Positions 46,865 through 54,676 of a stretch of 64,000 bases of DNA are shown here, in pieces. The DNA is from Patescibacteria group bacterium. Its GTDB lineage: Bacteria > Patescibacteriota > Patescibacteriia > CAIXNZ01. Made by a program: the position numbers and the translations under genes. Numbering within the stretch: position 1 is the stretch's first letter; the number at the start of each line of letters is the position of its first letter. The notes beneath the pieces were generated by a model, which saw only the letters and a program-made list of their open reading frames with translations, did no database searches and had not been told where the DNA came from. The stretch covers positions 4,638 to 68,637 of the forward strand of contig JBAZJU010000006.1 of the NCBI GenBank assembly GCA_041651155.1, read 5' to 3'.

Positions 46865-47557
46865 ATGATTAGAGCTACAAATCTTTTGTCTAAATACTAT
46901 GGGGAGACAGGCGGATACCTGAGGGAGCATGACACATTTTTACGTTCGGCGGATATCAAAAAGGATCTGCTTTTCTTAATTAGGGCGCTTGATATAAAAA
47001 AGAGTGATGTCATTTTAGATATTGCTTGCGGCCAGGGGCGTCATAGCAACGCTTTGGCGGAAAAGGGTTATCAAGTAGACGGTGTTGATTTTTCCCAATA
47101 CTTGCTTGATAAGGCAAGGGCAGGGGAAAAAGAATTATCAAGGGGAAGACCTAATTATTATAAAGCTAATGTTGAACAACTAAATTTGAAAAAAAAGTAT
47201 AGCAAAGCCTATTGGTTTTTTTCTGATTTGGCGGATATTGATTTGCCCAAGGCAATTGTCTCTATAAGTCATAATATGAAAGTAGGGGGAATGGTTCTTC
47301 TCGACACGGATAATATTTTCAGAATCCTTGCCTACCTTTCTAAAAATCACGATTCGGGTTTTGATTTTGACGCTAGCCGCTTGGAGCTTATTGTTAAAAA
47401 AAACAATTTGCGCATAAAATACCCCGTCTTACCTTTGTGGGAACAATGGCTGAGGGCATCTGGTTTTTTCATTAAAGATTTTTGGGGAGATTATAAATTT
47501 AGCAAGTATTCGGTTAAAAGCCCCAGATTAATAATATTAGCAAAAAAAATCGCTTAG
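46865..47557 (+). CDS. Class I SAM-dependent methyltransferase
   Basis: Motif I VILDIACGQGRH, post-I VDGVDFS, motif II-like MVLLDTD. Confidence 0.65.
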   Translation: MIRATNLLSKYYGETGGYLREHDTFLRSADIKKDLLFLIRALDIKKSDVILDIACGQGRHSNALAEKGYQVDGVDFSQYLLDKARAGEKELSRGRPNYYKANVEQLNLKKKYSKAYWFFSDLADIDLPKAIVSISHNMKVGGMVLLDTDNIFRILAYLSKNHDSGFDFDASRLELIVKKNNLRIKYPVLPLWEQWLRASGFFIKDFWGDYKFSKYSVKSPRLIILAKKIA

Positions 47558-47591
47558 GTTCTTGAACTTAAGCGATTTATGTTTGCGAGCT

Positions 47592-49025
47592 TTATGCTGT
47601 TGTCGCATGGGAATTAACTGTAGCATATAGCTGGTTGACTTTGCACTTGAAAAGATCAGGTTCTTCAGTAAGTATCCACATTAATTCCAGTATTGAATCG
47701 TGAATTTCTTCGCATTTAAAGTGCGGGCTTTTGAGTTCTCCAGTCGTCTGGTAATTTTCTCCGCGACAATTACCGGCGCACAAATACCGCACATCGCATG
47801 CCGAACATTTGGGGTTTAAAGAATCTATGTTTAAAGTGCGGAGTTCCTTTAAAATGGGTGAGGTTTCCCAAATATCGGCAAGATTAGTATCCAGAAGGTT
47901 CCCCAGCTTAAAGTCCTGTAATGCTGTGTCTGCGCAGGGGTAAAGGGTTCCATCAGCTTTGACGTAAACAGCTCGATTCGTGCCGATGCCACAACTATAG
48001 CTTTTCACTCCTCCCGCAATGCCCATGATTTGATTAGCAAAAGTAGAACACATCATCAACTCTTGCAATCTTGGCTCATTGCGAATCGCTTCAAACACTT
48101 TTCGGTAGAAAGTGGCTAAAGGCACTGGAATTAGAAGTTGTTTGGTTTTCTTGCTATTGCCTCGGCCTACATGCATCATATTTAGGCAATTAAACCCTTC
48201 CACGCCAAGCGAGTTGGCTAAAATCATCGTTCCTTTCATGTCGTCAATGTTTTCAGCATGAACGAACATATTTATAGCCACAGACACACCGCTTTGGCAA
48301 AGTGCTCTTATATTTTTTATGGTGAGATTAAAGGTATCTTTGCCCCTGATGTACTCATGTGTGGCTTTTTGGCAGCCATCAAGCGAAATTGACATCTTTA
48401 GTCTTGGATACTCAGCCAGCTTGGCGATTTGGTTTTTCGTAAGCAGTGTGGCGTTGGTATTGACTTGGACAAAAAAACCTTGGTTGTGGACATATTCAAT
48501 TAAGTCTAGGGCATCTGGACGCGTAAATAGCTCGCCACCTGTTAGAGCTACGCGTGAAATGCCGTTTTGCCAAGGCATTTTAGTGAGTTGATCGACAACC
48601 ATTTTTATTTGTTTAGTTGTCATTTCACTTGGCATCTTTTGGCTGGCCATTGCATAGCACATCGGACAGGTCATATTGCATTGCTGGGTAGTAGCAATGA
48701 CCAATACATTTTCTACTTCATTAACCTGGAAGTCGGGGGAATATTCTTTAGCTTGAGCCATTTCGCCGTCAATAGCCAAAACTCCCGAGGAATAAAGCAA
48801 ATCTTTTAGATCGGAATAGACAACTTCCGCATCTATTATTGAAACAGACAAAATGCTAGCAATTTTTTCAATGATTTGCGATGACTCCCCAAGATTAAAA
48901 GCTTTGAGGATATCAATGACTTCATTAGATGCCGAAAACCAGTAAGGTCTTGAAGGAAAAATTACTATAGCATTGTCATCTCGGCTATAGCACGAAGGTT
49001 CTTCGGACATTGTCACTTTACTCAT
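47592..49025 (-). CDS. Radical SAM/SPASM peptide maturase with N-terminal PqqD-like RRE (~110 aa)
   Basis: CX3CX2C at CNMTCPMCYA, LTGGELF, C-terminal SPASM Cys cluster (CSTFANQ ... CGIGTN ... CADTALQ ... CSACDVRYLCAGNC). N-terminal IVIFPSRPYWFSASNEVIDILKAF resembles RiPP recognition element. Confidence 0.85.
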   Translation of the reverse strand: MSKVTMSEEPSCYSRDDNAIVIFPSRPYWFSASNEVIDILKAFNLGESSQIIEKIASILSVSIIDAEVVYSDLKDLLYSSGVLAIDGEMAQAKEYSPDFQVNEVENVLVIATTQQCNMTCPMCYAMASQKMPSEMTTKQIKMVVDQLTKMPWQNGISRVALTGGELFTRPDALDLIEYVHNQGFFVQVNTNATLLTKNQIAKLAEYPRLKMSISLDGCQKATHEYIRGKDTFNLTIKNIRALCQSGVSVAINMFVHAENIDDMKGTMILANSLGVEGFNCLNMMHVGRGNSKKTKQLLIPVPLATFYRKVFEAIRNEPRLQELMMCSTFANQIMGIAGGVKSYSCGIGTNRAVYVKADGTLYPCADTALQDFKLGNLLDTNLADIWETSPILKELRTLNIDSLNPKCSACDVRYLCAGNCRGENYQTTGELKSPHFKCEEIHDSILELMWILTEEPDLFKCKVNQLYATVNSHATTA

Positions 49026-49088
49026 CGATATTTCTCCTTTTTTTAAAAAATGGCAGGGAGGTTGAACCCACCCTGCCTGGCCATTGAG

Positions 49089-49181
49089 TCACTGACCCCG
49101 ATAGTACATCACGCCCTGCGATTCTTTGGTCAGGACGATGACGCCACAATTGCCGCGATTCAGAATCCGGAATCGTTTCAT
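49089..49181 (-). CDS. Candidate precursor peptide (30 aa) MKRFRILNRGNCGVIVLTKESQGVMYYRGQ immediately upstream of the RRE-radical SAM/SPASM gene
   Basis: AGGAGG 5 nt upstream of ATG (49181). Stop followed by hairpin ggcagggtgg-gttcaa-cctccctgcc plus T-tract, then SD and radical SAM start. The overlapping 70-aa six-frame ORF (49018-49230) reads through this hairpin and the next gene start, so it is less plausible. Confidence 0.55.
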   Translation of the reverse strand: MKRFRILNRGNCGVIVLTKESQGVMYYRGQ

Positions 49182-49563
49182 GTGTACCTCCTTTCATAGA
49201 ATTTGGTAATGAGATATGCTTTACTGCCATATTTCATCCATTCATAACTTAACACTAATTTAGTTAGGTTGTCAAAAGAAGCGCTTTAGCGCTTTTTATA
49301 GTGTCTCATTTTGTGCTTAAATAGCCCGACCCAGGTGCCTCAAATCAGCTCTTGAAAAGAATCTCAAAATTCCTTAAAATATCCCTATAACACAGGTCCT
49401 AGACCGGATTGTTCAGCCTTCGCTCTCCGAAGCGAAAAGTGCTCACGCACTTTTTGCATAGGCGAGCCACTACTCAATTTAAGCTTGGCGAGCTACGGCT
49501 GGTGATGACCAGCCAAATGCACCAAATCTAGAAGATTAATCGTAATATATTATAATAGCTAGA

Positions 49564-50250
49564 GTGCAAATGTCTCCAAGATTTAATTACGATTCTATCA
49601 CTACTTATTATCAAAAAATTAACAAAATTTATTTTTCAAAACATTTCTATTATATTGTAGCGGGTGTTTTTTTATTTTGTGTTGCAGGTTTATTTTTGTA
49701 TGTAAATTATCTGCGGGATAATAGAGATTTGGCTCAAAAAAATATGTGTGATGCAGTGACACAATCATTTGCTCCTTTACCGACAGAAATAAATCCTAAC
49801 TTTTTAACCCAGATAAATGATTGTTTCATCCCCAGCGCTGCTGTTTATGGCTATTCTTTGCGGATTACTTCAGGATTTCGGACAGTAGCGGAGCAGAATC
49901 AAATATATAATCAAGGACGAAATGATGATGGTGATATTGTGACCGAGGCGCCAGGCGGCAGAAGCATTCACAACTTTGGCTATGCCGCAGACGTGGTTGA
50001 TAGCAATCATGAATACAATATAAACTGGAAAAGACTGGCCAAGATTGGAGCATTCTGCGGGCTTGAAGCAGGTGATGATTGGGATTTTGCCCATTACGAA
50101 TATCGGGGCGGCCTAACCACGGCTGATTTTGTCACTGGCAGCCGACCCTCGCCGCTTATGTTGCCATGTGCTGTAATGCAAAAGCGGGCAAAAGACGGCC
50201 AGCCTCTAACACTTAAGGATTTACAAAATTGTGGAGCTCCTAAGTTTTAA
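49564..50250 (+). CDS. Peptidase M15 (VanY/D-alanyl-D-alanine carboxypeptidase-like) family protein with N-terminal TM anchor
   Basis: SGFRTVAEQNQIY, SIHNFGYAADV, DWDFAHYEY match the zinc-binding H/D/H motifs of the M15 family. Confidence 0.7.
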   Translation: MQMSPRFNYDSITTYYQKINKIYFSKHFYYIVAGVFLFCVAGLFLYVNYLRDNRDLAQKNMCDAVTQSFAPLPTEINPNFLTQINDCFIPSAAVYGYSLRITSGFRTVAEQNQIYNQGRNDDGDIVTEAPGGRSIHNFGYAADVVDSNHEYNINWKRLAKIGAFCGLEAGDDWDFAHYEYRGGLTTADFVTGSRPSPLMLPCAVMQKRAKDGQPLTLKDLQNCGAPKF

Positions 50251-50313
50251 TAATAAATATTTTAATAATTTTTAATAATTTCCGTCTTTGGCGGGAAATT
50301 TAACCTTAATTTT

Positions 50314-51024
50314 ATGGATAATGAAACAAGTCAAGCTCAACCAGGCAATGCTCAAAATTTACAGCCAGAAGCGGAGAAAATAACAATTTTGCCAGAAGCT
50401 CACAGTAAGCAGATAAAAAAAGGGGAAGCAATAAAAAAATTTATTAAAGATAACCTGAGAATAGTTATTATAATTGCGGTGATTGTAGTTGTGGGCATTT
50501 TGGCGTATTTTTTTAGAGGTTTAGTTATTGCCGCTACTGTTGATGGCAGTCCCATTAGCCGCTTGGCCGTGATTCAAAAGTTGGAAAAAGAATCAGGCAA
50601 AAATTTATTAGATTCTTTGATTACGCAAAAGCTGGTGCAAAACGCAGCCAGCGCGAATAAGCTCAGTGTCAGCGATGATGATGTCAATGGCGAGATTAAA
50701 AAAATAGAAGATCAGGTCGCCTCAATGGGCAGCACGATGGATGAGGCTCTCTCAGCGCAAGGCATGACCATGGCTGATTTAAAAGAGCGGATTGTTTTGC
50801 AAAAAGAATTGGAAAAATTGCTGGCAGACAAAATTAATGTGGCTGATGAAGAAATTGCGCAATACATTAAAGATAATAATATTACGGTTCCAACAGGGCA
50901 GGAAGCAGCTACCAATGACCAGATAAAAAGTGAAATAAGTTCGCAAAAGTTTAATAGCGAAGCCGAGACTTATATTGCAGAATTAAAAGCCAAGGCCAAT
51001 ATCCAATACTTTGTAAATTACTAG
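50314..51024 (+). CDS. SurA N-terminal-domain-like periplasmic chaperone-type protein (single TM anchor, no obvious PPIase domain)
   Basis: TM IVIIIAVIVVVGILAYFF then GSPISRLAVIQKLEKESGKNLLDSLITQKLV, the typical SurA_N pattern. Confidence 0.45.
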   Translation: MDNETSQAQPGNAQNLQPEAEKITILPEAHSKQIKKGEAIKKFIKDNLRIVIIIAVIVVVGILAYFFRGLVIAATVDGSPISRLAVIQKLEKESGKNLLDSLITQKLVQNAASANKLSVSDDDVNGEIKKIEDQVASMGSTMDEALSAQGMTMADLKERIVLQKELEKLLADKINVADEEIAQYIKDNNITVPTGQEAATNDQIKSEISSQKFNSEAETYIAELKAKANIQYFVNY

Positions 51025-51119
51025 ATATAGCATAATATAAAAAACCGTCCTGATACTCAGAACGGTTTTTTAGTTTTATGGTATAATTAGGTTAGATTTA
51101 TATTATAAATGACATTTTT

Positions 51120-52028
51120 ATGCAATGGTTTTGGATTTCTTTGGCAGCGTCTGCTATTTGGGCGCTAGTCAATCATGCTGACAAATACATTATCTCCAAA
51201 TACTTTGTAGGCAAAGGCGTTGGCTCGCTTGTGATTTTTACGAGTTTAAGCGGCTTTATCTTTGCTCTTTTTATTCTACTCTTTGACCGCAGCGTTTTGG
51301 CTTTTGATTTTTTAAGCGCTGTGATTATTGCGATTAGCGGCGCGATTTTAGTGGCTTCGTTTATCCCATATCTTTATGCCCTGGAAAAAGAAGAGGCTTC
51401 CATGGTTTCTACGCTTTTTCAATTGATTCCAGTTTTTAGTTATTTTTTAGCTTTATTTTTTCTTAATGAAACACTAAGCCTTAAGCAAATTTTTGCCTCG
51501 CTTCTAATACTTTTAGGCGCGGTTATTATTTCTCTGGATCTTTCAAAAAAAATAAATTTAAAATTAAGGCCTTTTCTGCTGATGGTTGTTTCTTCATTTA
51601 TGAGCGCTTTAAGCGCGCTTATTTTTAAAATAATTGCGCTGGAGCAAAATTACTGGGGGACTGCTTTTTGGGAATATATCGGTGGCGCGTTTTTTGGCTT
51701 ATTTTTGTTCACCTGTATTGGTTTATACCGAAAACAATTTTTAGCCACGATTGCGAAAGGCAGGCTAGTTGTTTTTAGCATAAATTTTTTGGCTGAACTT
51801 TTAAATATCATTGCCAAGCTTTTAGTCAATTTCGCCAGCCTTTTAGCGCCGCTGACTCTGGTTTTGGTGGTTAATGGCTTTCAGCCTCTTTTTGTTTTTG
51901 TCTACGGAATTTTGATTACGATTTTTTTGCCGAAAATCGGCAAGGAAACTTTGACGAAAAAAGTGATTGTCCAAAAGCTAATTGCGATTTTTGTTATTTT
52001 TATCGGGGTATATTTTCTTTTTGTATAG
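51120..52028 (+). CDS. EamA/DMT-family transporter (10 TM)
   Basis: 302 aa, two repeated 5-TM halves. Confidence 0.6.
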   Translation: MQWFWISLAASAIWALVNHADKYIISKYFVGKGVGSLVIFTSLSGFIFALFILLFDRSVLAFDFLSAVIIAISGAILVASFIPYLYALEKEEASMVSTLFQLIPVFSYFLALFFLNETLSLKQIFASLLILLGAVIISLDLSKKINLKLRPFLLMVVSSFMSALSALIFKIIALEQNYWGTAFWEYIGGAFFGLFLFTCIGLYRKQFLATIAKGRLVVFSINFLAELLNIIAKLLVNFASLLAPLTLVLVVNGFQPLFVFVYGILITIFLPKIGKETLTKKVIVQKLIAIFVIFIGVYFLFV

Positions 52029-52102
52029 AATTATTGATTGAGATGCAAGTGTTAATTGACATTAACCATTTCACCTGATAATTTCACCTCAAGGAGGATC
52101 CA

Positions 52103-52594
52103 ATGAAAAAAGTAGTTTTTGTTTGTTTGCTGGTCAGCACCTTGTTAATTTCGGGAAACTTCATCTATTCAAAAACAACTGCGACAGTTATTTTTGGAAC
52201 CTGCCAGATGCAGGACAGGTTGCCTGATCCAGTTTGCACGCCAGGTGCGATTTTTCAGGTGACTGAAGAGGATATTTGCGTCAAAGGGTACACTAAAAAA
52301 GTGCGCAATGTGACTGCCAAAACAAAAAACTTGGTCTTTCAGGAATATGGCATTACCACGCACGCCAAAGGCGAATACGAGGTTGATCACTTTATTCCCC
52401 TGGAATTAGGCGGATCCAATGACCTCAAAAACCTCTGGCCTGAACCAGCCGAACCTCGGCCAGGGTTTCATGAAAAAGACAGGGTGGAGAATTATTTGCA
52501 CAGGCAAGTCTGCACAGGCCAGATGACTTTGGCTGAAGCGCAAAAACAAATACAGACAAACTGGCTTGAAGTTTACGAGCAAATCATAAAATAA
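52103..52594 (+). CDS. Secreted HNH-motif nuclease family protein
   Basis: Signal peptide; EYEVDHFIPLELGGSNDLKNLWPE resembles the HNH beta-beta-alpha metal-finger motif. Confidence 0.5.
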   Translation: MKKVVFVCLLVSTLLISGNFIYSKTTATVIFGTCQMQDRLPDPVCTPGAIFQVTEEDICVKGYTKKVRNVTAKTKNLVFQEYGITTHAKGEYEVDHFIPLELGGSNDLKNLWPEPAEPRPGFHEKDRVENYLHRQVCTGQMTLAEAQKQIQTNWLEVYEQIIK

Positions 52595-52776
52595 GTCAGA
52601 CGCTCCTGCATTGGGGCGTTTTTTTTAATACCTGCTTAATTGTAAAATTTATTATTGAGAAGGCAATTAGTGAGATTTAATAAATTTTTAACCAAAATTT
52701 AATTAGTTTTTTTATATCTTATTAAGACAGGCTGTATTTTGACAAAACAGCAAAAAACCAAAAAAGAGGAGGAATT

Positions 52777-53484
52777 ATGGAGTTGTTTAAGGTCTTAGAT
52801 TTGAGCAGGCAGGATTTGTCCGCAATTTGCAGGCAAATTACCATTCCGCTCAGCCACAGTTTTAGTCTGCGGCAAGCCACCCTGGCTGACATCCCCCGCA
52901 TAGTGGAAGTGGATAAAAAGAGTTTTGGCGCAGAAGATCTGGCCATGACTGAGGAAATGATGACCAGTCGCATCAAGATTTTTCCCGAAGGCAATTGGGT
53001 TCTGCAAAAGGAAAAGGAAATTGTCGGCGTCGGCTGCAGCATGCTAATCAGCGATGATGAAGACAAAATCACTTCCTGGTCCGAGCTTACCGGCAATGGA
53101 ACCATTAGCACGCATAAGCCTGACGGCAAAGCGCTTTTAGGCATAAATGTGAGCCTGCTGCCGGATGTCCATGGTTTTGGTTCGGCTTTTTTAAATGAGT
53201 TTACCCACATTTTAGTCGTGGGCTTAAAACTGAAATTGGCTTTTGGGGTGGGCAGGCTGCTTGGCTATAAAGAGTTTGCTGACAAAATGAGCCCGCAGGA
53301 ATTCCTCTGCCTTTGCGTCGCAGAAAATAATATTCTGCCAGTTTCGCCGGTTGTCTCATTTTTAATGAGAGCTGGCGGCAAACTAATTAAATTGGTGCCG
53401 AATTATTGGCCTGTTGACACTGACAGCCTTGGCTACGGCGTCTTGATGGAATGGGTAAATCCCTATTGGCGGTTTTTAAGCTAA
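52777..53484 (+). CDS. GNAT-family N-acetyltransferase-like protein (higher local GC)
   Basis: RQATLADIPRIVEVDKKSFG N-terminal motif typical of GNAT; rest unassigned. Confidence 0.45.
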   Translation: MELFKVLDLSRQDLSAICRQITIPLSHSFSLRQATLADIPRIVEVDKKSFGAEDLAMTEEMMTSRIKIFPEGNWVLQKEKEIVGVGCSMLISDDEDKITSWSELTGNGTISTHKPDGKALLGINVSLLPDVHGFGSAFLNEFTHILVVGLKLKLAFGVGRLLGYKEFADKMSPQEFLCLCVAENNILPVSPVVSFLMRAGGKLIKLVPNYWPVDTDSLGYGVLMEWVNPYWRFLS

Positions 53485-53528
53485 TAAAAAAAGCCTGACT
53501 TCTTTTTAGCAGTCAGGCTTAAATCTTT

Positions 53529-54569
53529 TTAAATATTACATTTTTCCAGCCATTCTTTTTTGCAGGCGCAAGTCAGATTGCTTAGCAAATTTAGGTCTGG
53601 CATTTGGCGATAATTTTTTAGCTGCTTGTAAATCGCAGCGGAACAGCGCGGACAGTTTTTGGGCACGGCCAAAGGCAGGGGATATTCATTTTCAAAATTG
53701 CCGATTTGAATCGGACCCAAATGGTGAGTTTTTTTCAGCACTTCAATGATGCTCCACAGCCAGGGCGGCTGATACATTCCCTGCTCGTAGATTACAGCCA
53801 TTTTTGTGCCCGGCTGGACAAAGGCAGACTCCAGACCGACACTGTCGCTGCCTGATTGAAAAGCAAATTCAATCGTTTTAATCGCTTCAGCGATGGCCAG
53901 GCGTTCGTTGACGCCAACAGGCTTTAAAAATACATAAGTTGAAACTAGGACATCCTGGGCTTTTAGCACTTTAACAGCCTTTTGATAATCAGCCCGGCTA
54001 AAGCCTTTGTTAATGCATTTTTGCCTGATTTCATCATCTTGAGTTTCCAGGCCAATAGCCACTTCCAGCTGTTTTGGGCCTAATTGCTTTTTCAGCGCCA
54101 TGATTTTTTCAAGACTGATCAGCTCTGCTCTAGACTCAATTAAAATATGCCGGCAGCTTGCGTCATCTTTCAGAGAAGTGAGAATTTTTTTCTGGGCAGT
54201 CAAGGGCAGATCCAGGAAACTTCCGCCGGTAAAAATCATAATTTTTCTCGGACCCGAGATCAGCTGCAGGCCCAGCTGAAACATCAAGGCCAAATTTTTG
54301 CCTGAGAAAGGGATATCCTGGGTGAATTCCTTGACAGCCTGCTGGAATCCGCACATCGTGCATTTTCCCCAGGAACAAGGACCTGGTAAAAGCACATACC
54401 CGACGCTTTCGGCTTTATTTGTCTCCGGACAGTACAGAGATTCCAGGTAAGCAAACTCTTCGCCCCGGGTTAAGAAGAAAACTATTTTTCTGCATATTTT
54501 TTTGCCCAGGACGATTTTTAAGAAAATGAGAATCCTAAAAAGAAGATTGCGGCTGAAATTTTTCATCAT
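53529..54569 (-). CDS. Radical SAM-like protein with noncanonical CX4CX2C cluster
   Basis: GPCSWGKCTMCGF near N-terminus; FTGGSF; C-terminal CPRCSAAIY ... CACKKEW. Family not assigned. Confidence 0.55.
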   Translation of the reverse strand: MMKNFSRNLLFRILIFLKIVLGKKICRKIVFFLTRGEEFAYLESLYCPETNKAESVGYVLLPGPCSWGKCTMCGFQQAVKEFTQDIPFSGKNLALMFQLGLQLISGPRKIMIFTGGSFLDLPLTAQKKILTSLKDDASCRHILIESRAELISLEKIMALKKQLGPKQLEVAIGLETQDDEIRQKCINKGFSRADYQKAVKVLKAQDVLVSTYVFLKPVGVNERLAIAEAIKTIEFAFQSGSDSVGLESAFVQPGTKMAVIYEQGMYQPPWLWSIIEVLKKTHHLGPIQIGNFENEYPLPLAVPKNCPRCSAAIYKQLKNYRQMPDLNLLSNLTCACKKEWLEKCNI

Positions 54570-54676
54570 GCCTCCTTTCTATTTTTTTCAAGGTCCGCTA
54601 AGCTCTGTCTGATTATTTATAAATTTAACCTATTACTATTTTCTTGGCAAGTAAAAGAGAAGTGTAAATTAATTTT

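Noticed and set aside
49018-49230. 70-aa minus-strand ORF from the six-frame track overlapping the candidate precursor peptide
   Set aside because: It reads through a GC hairpin plus T-tract and across the SD/start of the radical SAM gene. The +1 frame gives a 30-aa ORF with a well-spaced AGGAGG and a clean stop before the hairpin, which is far more gene-like.
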